A stretch of DNA of 64,000 nt from Dehalococcoidia bacterium (GCA_965116605.1 OZ220697.1:1233427-1297426), one strand, 5' to 3'. Counted from the stretch's first letter, positions 47,942 through 57,940 are shown. Numbers and translations: made by a program. The notes: a model not told the origin generated them from the letters alone.

Positions 47942-49150
47942 ATGACAACTCAAATCGACATCCGAAAAATAGCCAGAACGGGAGACTCGCGGATAATCCT
48001 GCTAATAGCAGACGGCCTGGGAGGATATCCCCACCCTGACACCGGCCGCTCCGAACTGGAAGCCGCTAGGCTGCCCAACCTTGATGCGCTGGCGAGAGAA
48101 AGCGCCTGCGGCCTGACGGTGCCGGTCGCCCTCGGAATAACCCCTGGCTCCGGGCCGGGCCACCTAGCGCTGTTGGGATACGATCCGGTGAGGCACCACG
48201 TGGGCCGCGGGGTGATGGAGGCTCTTGGAGTGGGTCTAGACCTAGCCATTGAGGACGCCGCGGCCAGGGGCAATTTTTGCATTGTCGACAACATTGGTCG
48301 ACTGGTGGATAGACGTGCCGGACGCATCTCCTCGGAACGGGGTGCCGCACTGGCCGACCTGCTAGATCGAACTGAACAGTCGCACGGGAAAATCTCTGTT
48401 CACGGGGTACGCGGACACCGTTTCGTGGCCGTGTTTCGTGGAGCAGGGTCGAATCTGGAGGTTACGGACACAGATCCCGGGCTGGATGGATGCCGGCCTC
48501 TCAGATCGGAGCCGTTGACGGAGGACTCAGGAGAGCTTGCGGCTGCGGTGAATGCCTTCGCGGCCCGGGCTGGACACGCGCTTAAAGACAGCGAGGCGCA
48601 GGCGGTCGTGCTGCGCGGAATATCCAGCCCGACGCCTCTACCATCTTTCGCCGATCGATACATGCTGCACCCTGCGGCAATCGCCGCTTACCCGATGTAC
48701 CGCGGCCTTGCCAAGTTGGCCGGTATGGAAGTTCTCGATACCGGAGACGATTTTGGGCAGGAAATCGCGACACTCAGCGCGGCATTCTCGGCCGGTAGCC
48801 ACGATTTCTTTTTCCTGCACTACAAGCCAGCGGACTCGGCCGGCGAGGACGGGGACTTTGAGGCGAAGGTTGAGGCCTTGGAGGCCCTGGACTCCAAAAT
48901 CCCAGCCATCCTGCAACTCAAGCCGGACGTCCTGATTGTTGCAGGGGACCACTCAACCCCGGCCGTGCTCGGAGGCCACAGTTGGCATCCGGTGCCGATC
49001 GCCGTCAGTTCTAGGCTTACAAGGGGAGATGGTGTGCCGGAATTCACCGAGCGTGCAGTCAGAGATGGCTCACTAGGCACGATGGCGGCAACGTCGGTCA
49101 TGACCCTGGCATTGGCCCACGGTGGCCGTCTCAACAAATACGGGCCGTAG
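47942..49150 (+). CDS. apgM: cofactor-independent phosphoglycerate mutase, archaeal (ApgM) type
   Basis: 402 aa. ILLIADGLGG start, AGDHSTP block, and a size and pattern typical of ApgM rather than GpmI. Confidence 0.85.
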   Translation: MTTQIDIRKIARTGDSRIILLIADGLGGYPHPDTGRSELEAARLPNLDALARESACGLTVPVALGITPGSGPGHLALLGYDPVRHHVGRGVMEALGVGLDLAIEDAAARGNFCIVDNIGRLVDRRAGRISSERGAALADLLDRTEQSHGKISVHGVRGHRFVAVFRGAGSNLEVTDTDPGLDGCRPLRSEPLTEDSGELAAAVNAFAARAGHALKDSEAQAVVLRGISSPTPLPSFADRYMLHPAAIAAYPMYRGLAKLAGMEVLDTGDDFGQEIATLSAAFSAGSHDFFFLHYKPADSAGEDGDFEAKVEALEALDSKIPAILQLKPDVLIVAGDHSTPAVLGGHSWHPVPIAVSSRLTRGDGVPEFTERAVRDGSLGTMAATSVMTLALAHGGRLNKYGP

Positions 49151-49164
49151 AAGGGAAGTTCTCC

Positions 49165-49917
49165 ATGCCGGAGCGTGTCGTCGCTGGCAACTGGAAGATG
49201 AACGTGGCGGTATCCGAGACGGTTCCGTTCCTGAAACAGCTCATGTCGGGGCTGCCTATTGCCGGCGTGACCAGCGTAGTGTGTCCCTCTTTCGTATCGC
49301 TACACGCGGCCAAACAGGCGCTTGCGCACACTGGCATAGGACTGGGGGCTCAGGATATGCGTCCGGAGCCAAATGGACCGCTAACGGGTGAAGTCTCCGT
49401 GGCTATGGTGGCGGAGCTCTGCACCCACGTGATCCTAGGACACTCGGAACGACGGCACGTGTTCGGAGAGAGTAGCGAGATCGTTAACTCAAAGGTGCTG
49501 TCAGCCCTGTCGGTCGGCCTAAGGCCGATCGTCTGCGTCGGAGAGACTCTGGACGAACGTGAGTCGGGTAGGGCTCGGAAGGTCGTGGTCAATCAGCTCA
49601 AGGTCTCCCTATCGGGCGTGGACATGGCCTCACAGTTGTTGGTCGCCTACGAGCCGGTCTGGGCCATCGGCACGGGCAGGGCGGCCTCAGCGCGTGACGC
49701 CCAGCAGATGGCGGCGATCGCTCGGCACGAATTGAGCACACTGTTCGGGCCGGAATCCGCCTCCGATGTCCCCGTCCTGTACGGTGGAAGCGTCAACCCC
49801 GAGAACGTGGCCGATTTCCTTGCGATGCCGGACATTGATGGGGCGCTTGTAGGCGGTGCCAGCCTGGACGCCGAAGGCTTCATAAGGCTGACCGAGAACG
49901 CGGCGCCGCACCGATAG
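49165..49917 (+). CDS. tpiA: triose-phosphate isomerase
   Basis: VAGNWKMN, ILGHSERR, AYEPVWAIGTG and GGASL blocks. Confidence 0.95.
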   Translation: MPERVVAGNWKMNVAVSETVPFLKQLMSGLPIAGVTSVVCPSFVSLHAAKQALAHTGIGLGAQDMRPEPNGPLTGEVSVAMVAELCTHVILGHSERRHVFGESSEIVNSKVLSALSVGLRPIVCVGETLDERESGRARKVVVNQLKVSLSGVDMASQLLVAYEPVWAIGTGRAASARDAQQMAAIARHELSTLFGPESASDVPVLYGGSVNPENVADFLAMPDIDGALVGGASLDAEGFIRLTENAAPHR

Positions 49918-49936
49918 GCCAGCTCCGGACAACAAG

Positions 49937-50965
49937 TTGCGCCGATCAGGACACAGCCGAAACCCGGCAAGTCGTGTAGTGGTGGTTGCAGGGCCAACCG
50001 CCGTGGGCAAGTCCTCCTTCGGATTGAGGATTGCACGGCTGCTCGACGGCGAGATCGTGAGTGCAGACAGCCGCCAGGCCTACCGCGGCCTGGACATCGG
50101 CACCGCCAAACCGACCACGGACGAGCGGAGGTCCGTGCGGCACCATCTGGTCGACATTCTCGAACCGGACCAGGAATACGGGCTGGTACCTTTCCTGGAC
50201 CTGGCAAGAAAAGCTGTCGACGAGATAACTTCGCGGGATCGCCTGCCGATCGTGGTGGGAGGATCGAGCCAGTATGTATTCGCGTTGATGGAGGGCTGGG
50301 AACCATACAGAGTGCCTCCCAATTCAACGCTGCGTGCAGCTCTGCAGCGACGCGCCGAAAGAGACGGGAGTCATAGGCTACACGCGGACCTGGAAGCGAT
50401 CGATCCCGAGGCGGCCGCACAGATCGACCCCGGCAATACGCGCAGGGTCATAAGGGCCCTGGAGGTCAGGGCACACGCAAGTGAGGGCACCTCGCGGCCT
50501 CCACGGCAGGGCCCGGTCAAAGGGAACGGCCTCGACCGGCTGCAGGAAACGACCGACTCCGGCCACTCCGGGGCCAGGAAGGGAGGGCAGGGTCTGACCG
50601 ATAGTGCGATCGCCATCGGGCTCACGCTGCCCCGGGACGAACTCTACCGTCGTATCGACGAGCGGGTTGACCTGATGATGGCCCGTGGCTGGTTAAACGA
50701 AGTGGAGGGACTGTTGCAACGTGGCTACGGCCCTGAATTGTCCTCCATGTCGAGCATTGGCTACTCGGAGCTTGCCGAACACGTTGACGGCAGGACTGAT
50801 CTATCCGAAGCCGTTCAGCGCATAAAGCACCGTACCCACCGGTTGGCCCGGAGCCAGTATGTGTGGCTCAGGCGTGCTGAGTGGCTGGATTGGTTCGAGT
50901 CTTACGATGAGGGTGTAAGCGCCGCATTGGACAGGGTAGGGGAGCAGATAGCACCTCGTTGCTAA
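49937..50965 (+). CDS. miaA: tRNA dimethylallyltransferase
   Basis: VAGPTAVGKS P-loop, SADSRQAYRGLDIGTAKP and VGGSSQY blocks. TTG start. Contains a Gly/Arg-rich insertion. Confidence 0.9.
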   Translation: MRRSGHSRNPASRVVVVAGPTAVGKSSFGLRIARLLDGEIVSADSRQAYRGLDIGTAKPTTDERRSVRHHLVDILEPDQEYGLVPFLDLARKAVDEITSRDRLPIVVGGSSQYVFALMEGWEPYRVPPNSTLRAALQRRAERDGSHRLHADLEAIDPEAAAQIDPGNTRRVIRALEVRAHASEGTSRPPRQGPVKGNGLDRLQETTDSGHSGARKGGQGLTDSAIAIGLTLPRDELYRRIDERVDLMMARGWLNEVEGLLQRGYGPELSSMSSIGYSELAEHVDGRTDLSEAVQRIKHRTHRLARSQYVWLRRAEWLDWFESYDEGVSAALDRVGEQIAPRC

Positions 50966-50974
50966 AATGTCCCC

Positions 50975-51841
50975 ATGAACCACTACAGCAACGGAAAGGC
51001 GCTTGCCTTCTCGAAAATGCACGGCGCCGGTAACGACTATGTCTTCGTGGACGGTCGGGACCTTACCCTTGATTGGACGAAGCTGGCGGTCGCCGTGAGC
51101 GACCGCCATTTCGGGATAGGCTCTGACGGCCTGATCCTGGCATTCGAGTCGGACAGGGCAGACCTTCGGATGGAGATGTTCAACGCCGACGGATCGGCGG
51201 GCCGCATGTGCGGCAACGGCATCCGGTGTCTGGTCGCGTTCGCAGTCGACATCGGGCTGGTTGCGGCCGGGAGAAATCAGGTTGAGGTGGAAACGGCCGC
51301 CGGAGTACTGGAGGTGGCACCCACGTGGAGTGAAGGCCGGATCGTCAGGGCGCGAGTCGACATGGGTGAGCCGGCGTTTAGGGCCTCCGAGGTGCCGTTT
51401 GATGTGCCGGGAGAGAATACGCTGGAGGACTATCCCCTTACGGTCGACGGCTTCAGCCTCGCCATCAACGGTGTCTCGATGGGGAACCCTCACGCGGTGG
51501 CCATACTCGACGAGCCGGTCGGGGACGTTGAACTGGACCGCCTTGGACCGTTGGTTGAGCACGATCCGAGGTTTCCAGACCGGGTGAACTTTGAGATCGT
51601 CAACGTACTGTCCCGCAGCATGCTCAAGGTCCGCGTCTGGGAGCGAGGTTCCGGACAGACGATGGCATGCGGAACTGGTGCATGCGCCGCGGCAGTTGTG
51701 GCCAGACGCAAGGGTCTCGTAGAAGACGAGGTCACGGTCACACTTCCGGGCGGAAACCTGGGAATAGAGTGGGCTGGCACCGGGTCTGTCATGATGGACG
51801 GACCGGTCCACAAGGTCTTCGATGGCAGATGGCCTCTGTGA
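50975..51841 (+). CDS. dapF: diaminopimelate epimerase
   Basis: FSKMHGAGNDYVFVD, NADGSAGRMCGNGIRC, GNPHAV and ACGTGACA blocks. Confidence 0.95.
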   Translation: MNHYSNGKALAFSKMHGAGNDYVFVDGRDLTLDWTKLAVAVSDRHFGIGSDGLILAFESDRADLRMEMFNADGSAGRMCGNGIRCLVAFAVDIGLVAAGRNQVEVETAAGVLEVAPTWSEGRIVRARVDMGEPAFRASEVPFDVPGENTLEDYPLTVDGFSLAINGVSMGNPHAVAILDEPVGDVELDRLGPLVEHDPRFPDRVNFEIVNVLSRSMLKVRVWERGSGQTMACGTGACAAAVVARRKGLVEDEVTVTLPGGNLGIEWAGTGSVMMDGPVHKVFDGRWPL

Positions 51842-51915
51842 GCCGTGCCTGCCTTGCCCAAGCTATTCCTGGATATTTCTATCAAAGCTAAACTAAACGT
51901 AAAGCGCAGGTTGTA

Positions 51916-53085
51916 ATGAAGTTCGCCAGCCGTATTGACAGGGTGCCGCCTTACCTCTTCGTGGAGATCAGCAGGCGCATTGCTAAAAAGCGTTCGGAGG
52001 GAGCCGACGTGATCAGTTTTGGCATAGGGGACCCTGATCTGCCCACGCCAGATGGAGTCGTGGAGGCGCTTCGGGAGGCATCCCTAGAGCCGGACAACCA
52101 CCGCTACCCCGAAACGGATGGGCTTCCGGTCCTCCGTACGTCAATAGCCGAATGGTACGGCTCCCGCTTCGGAGTTTCTTTAGATGCCGACAGGGAGGTC
52201 TTACCCCTCATCGGGGCAAAAGAAGGTATCGGACACGCCGCCCTGTGCTTTGTAGACCCCGGTGACATCGTCCTAGTACCCGATCCCGGCTACCCCGTCT
52301 ATTCGGTTGGCACCTGGTTCGCAGGCGGAGAGTGCCATTTCATGCCGCTGAGCGAGGAGAACGGCTGGCTGCCCGACCTGTCCACGATCCCCAGTGACAC
52401 CGCAAGGAAGGCCAGGGCGATGTGGCTGAATTATCCCAACAATCCAACGGGTGCGGTGGCGACGGAGGACTTCTTCGCGCAGGCGGTGGAGTTCGCCCGT
52501 GCGCATGACATAGTGCTCCTGCATGACGCCGCCTACACCGAATGCTGGTTCGAAAATTACCGGCCCCCGAGCCTGCTCCAAACACCCGGGGCCATGGAAG
52601 TGGGCATGGAATTTCACTCGTTGTCCAAGAGCTACAACATGACCGGCTGGCGGGTTGGCATGGCGGCGGGAAACGCCGACTTGATCGAGGCCCTCATGAT
52701 CGTTAAATCCAACCTCGACTCGGGTATACCGCAGGCGGTGCAGCACATGGCGATAGAGGCGATCAAGACCGGCGATGCGGATCTGATGGCTCGCAATGCG
52801 GTCTACCAGCGGCGCCGAGACAGAGTGATCGACACGCTTGAGACGATCGGGCTGAGCGTGGAGGCGCCCAGGGCGGGACTGTACGTGTGGGCCCGGGTTC
52901 CCAAAGGGTTCACTTCCGCAGAATTTACGGCCCTGTTACTTGACAAGGTGGATCTGGTTGTAACCCCTGGGAACGGCTATGGGCCCAGCGGGGAGGGCTA
53001 CATCAGATTCTCGCTGACGATTCGCGAGGATGACATGGAGCGGGGCCTACAGCGCTTGGCGACGCTGGAAATCGCTCCAAAGTGA
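51916..53085 (+). CDS. dapL: LL-diaminopimelate aminotransferase-like class I/II aminotransferase
   Basis: [12 protein letters not shown] start, YPNNPTG and [14 protein letters not shown] (PLP Lys) blocks. Adjacency to dapF supports the DapL assignment, but substrate specificity is not provable from the sequence. Confidence 0.8.
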   Translation: MKFASRIDRVPPYLFVEISRRIAKKRSEGADVISFGIGDPDLPTPDGVVEALREASLEPDNHRYPETDGLPVLRTSIAEWYGSRFGVSLDADREVLPLIGAKEGIGHAALCFVDPGDIVLVPDPGYPVYSVGTWFAGGECHFMPLSEENGWLPDLSTIPSDTARKARAMWLNYPNNPTGAVATEDFFAQAVEFARAHDIVLLHDAAYTECWFENYRPPSLLQTPGAMEVGMEFHSLSKSYNMTGWRVGMAAGNADLIEALMIVKSNLDSGIPQAVQHMAIEAIKTGDADLMARNAVYQRRRDRVIDTLETIGLSVEAPRAGLYVWARVPKGFTSAEFTALLLDKVDLVVTPGNGYGPSGEGYIRFSLTIREDDMERGLQRLATLEIAPK

Positions 53086-54245
53086 GTCCGAAGAAACTCG
53101 TATACACCCATCCGCGTTCAGAACGCGTCTACCTCGTGGGGGTCTCCATTCGGGGCTCCAGGGAACCGCTGTCTCTGAATGACTCCATGACGGAACTGGC
53201 AGAGCTCACACGCAGTGCGGGTGGACGGGTGGTCGGATCCTTGACACAGCGCGTGCCCAAGCCGACCCAGCACTATCTGGGTCAGGGCAAGTTGGACAGT
53301 CTGCGTGAGGTCGCCAGGGAACAGAACGTCGATACGATCGTTTGCGACGATGAGCTGACTCCCACCCAGCAGCGCAACTTGGAGCGTTCTCTGGGCGGGA
53401 CCAAGGTCATCGACCGCACCGCACTCATACTGGACGTGTTTGCATCTCGCGCACAGACGAGAGAGGGACGACTGCAGGTGGAACTGGCCCAGCACGAGTA
53501 CCTGCTTCCCAGGCTGGCTGGCCAATGGACGCATCTGGAGCGTCTGGGCGGTGGAATAGGCACTCGTGGTCCGGGAGAAACGCAGATCGAAACGGATCGC
53601 AGGCTCATCAGGGGTCGTATTCAGAAGCTCAGGAGAGACCTCGATTCCGTCAGCACTCATCGAAGCCTCTACAGATCCCGGCGCCAGCAACGGGGCATGG
53701 AAATCGTGGGGATGGTGGGCTACACCAACGCCGGCAAGAGTACGCTCCTAAACGCCCTCACTGGCGCCGGCGTGCCAGCCGAAGACAAGCTGTTTATGAC
53801 CCTTGACCCGGTGACCCGTCAACTCAGGTTTCGAGACGGGCGCCAGGCGCTGCTTACCGACACGGTAGGTTTCATACAAAAGCTGCCGCCGTCGCTCGTG
53901 GCCGCCTTTAGGTCAACCCTCGAGGAGATTGGAGAATCAACGCTCGTCCTCCACGTAGTCGACGTTACGCATCCGAACGCAGCGCAGCACGTCGACGTTG
54001 TCAACTCCGTGCTAGACGCCCTCGGCGCCGGTGACAAGCCGCGGGTTCTGGTTCTCAACAAGGTTGACCTGATCGGTCCCGCCGAGGACCTGGCCAACCT
54101 ATCCGTGCTGGCCCCGGCGCGCGTCACCGGTGACTCCAACACTCCGGTCGTGCTCGTCTCGGCCCTTGAGCGTATCGGCCTAGACGATCTGCTCGCCACC
54201 ATAGGGGAGAGCCTGTCCGAGCGTAAACCGGCTACCGTAGGCTGA
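53082..54245 (+). CDS. hflX: GTPase HflX
   Basis: [44 protein letters not shown] and NKVD blocks. The GTG start overlaps the dapL stop (GTGA). Confidence 0.9.
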   Translation: MSPKKLVYTHPRSERVYLVGVSIRGSREPLSLNDSMTELAELTRSAGGRVVGSLTQRVPKPTQHYLGQGKLDSLREVAREQNVDTIVCDDELTPTQQRNLERSLGGTKVIDRTALILDVFASRAQTREGRLQVELAQHEYLLPRLAGQWTHLERLGGGIGTRGPGETQIETDRRLIRGRIQKLRRDLDSVSTHRSLYRSRRQQRGMEIVGMVGYTNAGKSTLLNALTGAGVPAEDKLFMTLDPVTRQLRFRDGRQALLTDTVGFIQKLPPSLVAAFRSTLEEIGESTLVLHVVDVTHPNAAQHVDVVNSVLDALGAGDKPRVLVLNKVDLIGPAEDLANLSVLAPARVTGDSNTPVVLVSALERIGLDDLLATIGESLSERKPATVG

Positions 54246-54342
54246 CTGTCACCCCGGTCCACCGACACATCCGAAGGGATCTTTGGCTTGGCCGGCCAGA
54301 CCTCACTTCGCACTATATACGTTATGTAAAGTTTTGCTGGCT

Positions 54343-55416
54343 TCAGATGGCGACGCGTATCACGCCTGCCTCGTTTAGTGCCTTGAGTAGGTTTAGGCTC
54401 CAAGATGCACTCCCTTCGCCCTCTGACCGCAGTGCGACCAAAGGAACCGACAGATCAAGCGCCCTTCGGCCACCGCAAACCACCACCAGCAACCTCGGCC
54501 CATACAGCGCGGCGGCCGCGCCAGCCATGAAGCCGACGGCAGCCTGGCCTTCGAGGCCACCGCTGTCCTCGGTCAGCGAACCCGCAACCAACACAGCGGC
54601 CGTGCAACTGCCCATGGCCTTCGATACTTCACCGGACAGTAGAGATCCTGAACGCCGCCCGACATCTATCGCGACGTTCTCTATCCCAAAGTCAGAGAGC
54701 AGCGCCTGAACCTGGCCGGCCAACTCATGGCATCCAAAATGGCCGACGAAGACCCTGGCGACGGCCGATTCGCTTGCAGTCTCGCTTGCGGGCAACTCAT
54801 GACTGTCCGGACCGTCCGCAGAGTTGGCTTCTGAGCTGAAGCCTCCCTCTTCGGCCACTGCTGGGCCTGAGAATTCTCCTCGCACCCCTTTGACCCCGAC
54901 CCATAGCGAGCCGCCGACCTCTCGAAACAGCCCCACGTATTTGCCGTTTTCCAGGATTACGTCCAGACATTCTTCGACCAGATCGGGATCGATGTTATGG
55001 TCGCGCTCGAGAATGTTCTTCGCGTAAGCCCTCTCCGGGAGCCTTCTGCCCTCAAGGCTTTCGTAAAAGTCCCTGAACACCTGTGGGCGCAGTGCGCACT
55101 CCACAAGCGTCAGGCGACGTTCCTCCTCGCTCTTGGGAGCCACTACGGACCGCCCCCCTTCGGTGAGGGTTATTCTGGCGTCGTTGTATCCACCCAGAGT
55201 CAGACCGTACCTCGCTGAGGAATTTAGCCGCATGGTGAAGCTGCTGCTTTGCGGAGTGGTGTTGAGCTCTCCCGCGAGCACAATGCGGTCGAACGGAAGA
55301 CCCGAGTTAGCCTCCTGGATAGCTTGGGCAACTGCCAGAGCGTCTCTAAGCGGATGAACGGGGTAGCTCCGCACTTTCCTGGTCCGCTTTTGCTTGCCTT
55401 TGAGTTCACTGTCCAT
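54343..55416 (-). CDS. hypothetical two-domain protein (helical N-terminal module, acidic linker, beta/alpha C-terminal module that looks TIR-like)
   Basis: 357-aa ORF, convergent with hflX and with no same-strand neighbours. The domain reading is from sequence pattern only (see finding). Confidence 0.7.
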   Translation of the reverse strand: MDSELKGKQKRTRKVRSYPVHPLRDALAVAQAIQEANSGLPFDRIVLAGELNTTPQSSSFTMRLNSSARYGLTLGGYNDARITLTEGGRSVVAPKSEEERRLTLVECALRPQVFRDFYESLEGRRLPERAYAKNILERDHNIDPDLVEECLDVILENGKYVGLFREVGGSLWVGVKGVRGEFSGPAVAEEGGFSSEANSADGPDSHELPASETASESAVARVFVGHFGCHELAGQVQALLSDFGIENVAIDVGRRSGSLLSGEVSKAMGSCTAAVLVAGSLTEDSGGLEGQAAVGFMAGAAAALYGPRLLVVVCGGRRALDLSVPLVALRSEGEGSASWSLNLLKALNEAGVIRVAI

Positions 55417-55827
55417 ACCAAGACCGGCCCTTCAGAAATCAACTCCAGCTTCTCTATCCGACCGAAAATCCATTGTCATTTTTCAGACGCCTCCGAAAGA
55501 TTCCCTCCGGAAATGCGAATCCGGTCCCAAGTATATCAGGTCAATTGTTCTAAATAAGACAAACAGGGCATGCCGGAGCCGCATGAAACTGTTTCCGCAG
55601 CTTGAAAACACTACGGCGGAGTGCAGTTTGCATGAAGTTGACAGGGATGGCGGCGCTCCCGGAGTTTCTCTTTTTCAGTTCAATGCCGAAAAGTGGCTTC
55701 TTTTCGACCGATCCTCCTCGGCCGGGTTCAACTGAATGACAGGACTGGGAAGTTGACTGGGTCGGGTGTCAATCGAGCCGTGCGTGCTAAGATTTTCAGG
55801 TCCCCATATCGCAGTTAGGTCGGTAAG

Positions 55828-57159
55828 GTGGCCGCCGTTATGTACCACTCAAGCCTTGCTCGAATGACCCCCCTACCCTACGTGCACCTGCTGGCGGTCC
55901 TGCTTGGTGCCCTGCTGATGAGCGCTATCGCGTGCGGCGACCCAGCCGGACCGGATGGAACCGCCATCGCCGCCGATGACGACAACATTCGCGTCACCGA
56001 TCTAGACGACACCGCCTTCCCAGAGGTGATTCCTCCGTCAGAGCCCTTGGTTGCTCCATCCGAGGTTGCGGAGGAACTGCGAATCATATGGGAGACCTGG
56101 GCCATCCTGACCAGGGATCACGTGGACCGAGCGAAGCTGGATCCCAGCATGATTTCGGAGGGGGCCATCCGGGGGATGTTGGTTGCCCTCGGAGACCCTC
56201 ACACCAACTACGTTTCTCCGGAGACGTTTGCCGTTGACTCAAACGATACATTCCAGGGCGAGTTCGAGGGCATAGGTGCCCACGTATCCACCAATCGCAA
56301 CGGCGTGTTGGTGATCGTCGCACCCATCGCCGGCGGCCCAGCCGAGGCCGCTGGAATTCGACCCGGCGACCAGATACTGGCTGTCAACGGAGAGTCCATA
56401 GAAGGGCTGAGCCTTCTCGAGGCGGTTGCCATCATCAGAGGTCCCAAGGGCACCGTGGTCACCCTGCTCGTTAAACACTTGGGGGCGTTGGACCCCGTGG
56501 AAATCGAGATCGTCAGAGGAGTCATACCTCTGACGAGTGTCTTAGTGCGCAGCCAGCCCGAGGACCGATTCCTCCACGTTCGGCTGACCAACTTCTACCC
56601 GGAGACGGCAAACGAGCTGAGCGAAGCGATACGGGAGGCCTTGGCCGGAGGGGCCGAGGGATTGGTGCTCGACGTCAGGGATAATCCCGGGGGCCTGCTC
56701 AGTTCCGTGATTCAGATAGCAGAGTTGTTCCTTGAGGAAGGGCTTGTCCTATATCAGATCGATGGAGCCGGCGAACGCACCAACTGGAGCGTGAGGTCAC
56801 CAGGCGAGTTTACGGAACTTCCGATGGTAATTCTGGCAAACGGGTTTAGCGCCAGCGCCAGCGAGGTGTTGGTAGGCGCCCTTCAAGATCACGGCCGGGC
56901 ACCGGTAATCGGTGAGCCCACATTTGGCAAAGCCAGCGTGAACATCCTTCGGCCACTGAGCAACGGAGGTGGCATATTCATCACTACCTCCCGCTGGTAT
57001 ACGCCCCTGGGTCGACAAATCCAGGACGAAGGGGTCGTGCCCGACATCGAGGTGACAGCCGCCGATCCGAGGGACAGAGACGTCGTTCAGTTGGAGCGAG
57101 CACTCGACGAGCTTGAGCGGCTCGTTTCGGCCGAGGCTGCCGCATCAGCCGGCATTTGA
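55828..57159 (+). CDS. S41-family carboxy-terminal processing peptidase with PDZ domain
   Basis: Signal/lipobox-like LLMSAIAC, a PDZ block GIRPGDQILAVNGESI, then DVRDNPGG and ASASEVL catalytic blocks. GTG start. Confidence 0.9.
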   Translation: MAAVMYHSSLARMTPLPYVHLLAVLLGALLMSAIACGDPAGPDGTAIAADDDNIRVTDLDDTAFPEVIPPSEPLVAPSEVAEELRIIWETWAILTRDHVDRAKLDPSMISEGAIRGMLVALGDPHTNYVSPETFAVDSNDTFQGEFEGIGAHVSTNRNGVLVIVAPIAGGPAEAAGIRPGDQILAVNGESIEGLSLLEAVAIIRGPKGTVVTLLVKHLGALDPVEIEIVRGVIPLTSVLVRSQPEDRFLHVRLTNFYPETANELSEAIREALAGGAEGLVLDVRDNPGGLLSSVIQIAELFLEEGLVLYQIDGAGERTNWSVRSPGEFTELPMVILANGFSASASEVLVGALQDHGRAPVIGEPTFGKASVNILRPLSNGGGIFITTSRWYTPLGRQIQDEGVVPDIEVTAADPRDRDVVQLERALDELERLVSAEAAASAGI

Positions 57160-57177
57160 TTGCCGGCAGGGATCACA

Positions 57178-57651
57178 ATGGCCGCCCACAACCCGCGGGC
57201 CAACAGCAGGACCGTTGCGCTCAACCGACGAGCAAGGCACAACTACGAGATCCTGAGCACCTATGAAGCTGGACTCGTCCTCACCGGCACCGAAATAAAA
57301 TCGCTGCGGGCCGGCAACGCCAACCTGTCCGACGCCTATGCTCAACCGCAGAACGGAGAGTTCTGGCTACGCAACCTGCATATAGCCACCTACGCTTCGG
57401 CCGACCAATACAACCACGACCCTACCCGCCCACGGAAGTTGCTGCTTCACCGCAGCGAGATTAGGGAGTTGTCGCAGCAGGTGTCTGCCAAAGGCCTGAC
57501 CCTGGTACCACTGCGTCTCTATTTGAGCCGTGGACTGGCGAAGGTCGAACTCGGACTAGCCCGTGGAAAACGCCGCCACGATAAGCGAAGGGCAATAATC
57601 GACCGCGAACGGAAGAGAGAAGCTGAGCGGGCGATTAAGAGGAGATTGTAA
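57178..57651 (+). CDS. smpB: SsrA-binding protein
   Basis: NRRARHNYEIL, EAGLVLTGTEIKS and KLLLHRSEI blocks. The ATG at 57178 is preferred over the TTG at 57160. Confidence 0.95.
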   Translation: MAAHNPRANSRTVALNRRARHNYEILSTYEAGLVLTGTEIKSLRAGNANLSDAYAQPQNGEFWLRNLHIATYASADQYNHDPTRPRKLLLHRSEIRELSQQVSAKGLTLVPLRLYLSRGLAKVELGLARGKRRHDKRRAIIDRERKREAERAIKRRL

Positions 57652-57654
57652 GCT

Positions 57655-57700
57655 GTGACGAGGTCGGGTTTCCCGGAATCGGAACCTCCGGCCTCGTCAC
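57655..57700. terminator. hairpin between convergent smpB and the HTH gene (candidate bidirectional terminator)
   Basis: 13-bp stem GTGACGAGGTCGG / CCGGCCTCGTCAC (one G-U pair) around a 20-nt loop, starting 4 nt after the smpB stop. There is no clear U-tract, so function is uncertain. Confidence 0.45.
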
Positions 57701-57715
57701 TTCAGAGCTTATTCG

Positions 57716-57940
57716 CTAGCTGACGCGCTTAACTTCGATCGACTCGCCCGGCGCCAGGGCGACTCTCCGCACGCTGATCCCCAATTTCAGGAGCCAATAG
57801 CCCAGCGTGGCCTTGCTGACCCCGAGTTGCTCGGCTGTGGCCGACAGGCCTCGCTCAGTTACCAACTCAGGCAGCATCTTCTCCAGCGGGCGCTGGAAAC
57901 GCTCCTCCACCGCAACCATCTTCTTGGTCTTCTTGTTCAT
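57716..57940 (-). CDS. small helix-turn-helix DNA-binding protein
   Basis: The ATG at 57940 follows GAGGAGGGG (the track ORF starts at 57970). LSATAEQLGVSKATLGYWLLKLGI is a clear HTH. Confidence 0.65.
   Translation of the reverse strand: MNKKTKKMVAVEERFQRPLEKMLPELVTERGLSATAEQLGVSKATLGYWLLKLGISVRRVALAPGESIEVKRVS

Noticed and set aside
49647-50420. 257-aa minus-strand ORF
   Set aside because: Antisense to the tpiA end and miaA. Extreme Arg/Pro composition with no motif.
50801-51811. 336-aa minus-strand ORF
   Set aside because: Antisense to dapF, whose translation shows all DapF signature blocks. A shadow ORF.
55394-55735. 113-aa plus-strand ORF in the lower-GC spacer
   Set aside because: It has no RBS and overlaps the start of the 54343-55416 gene. 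The translation has no recognisable motif and atypical composition relative to neighbouring genes.
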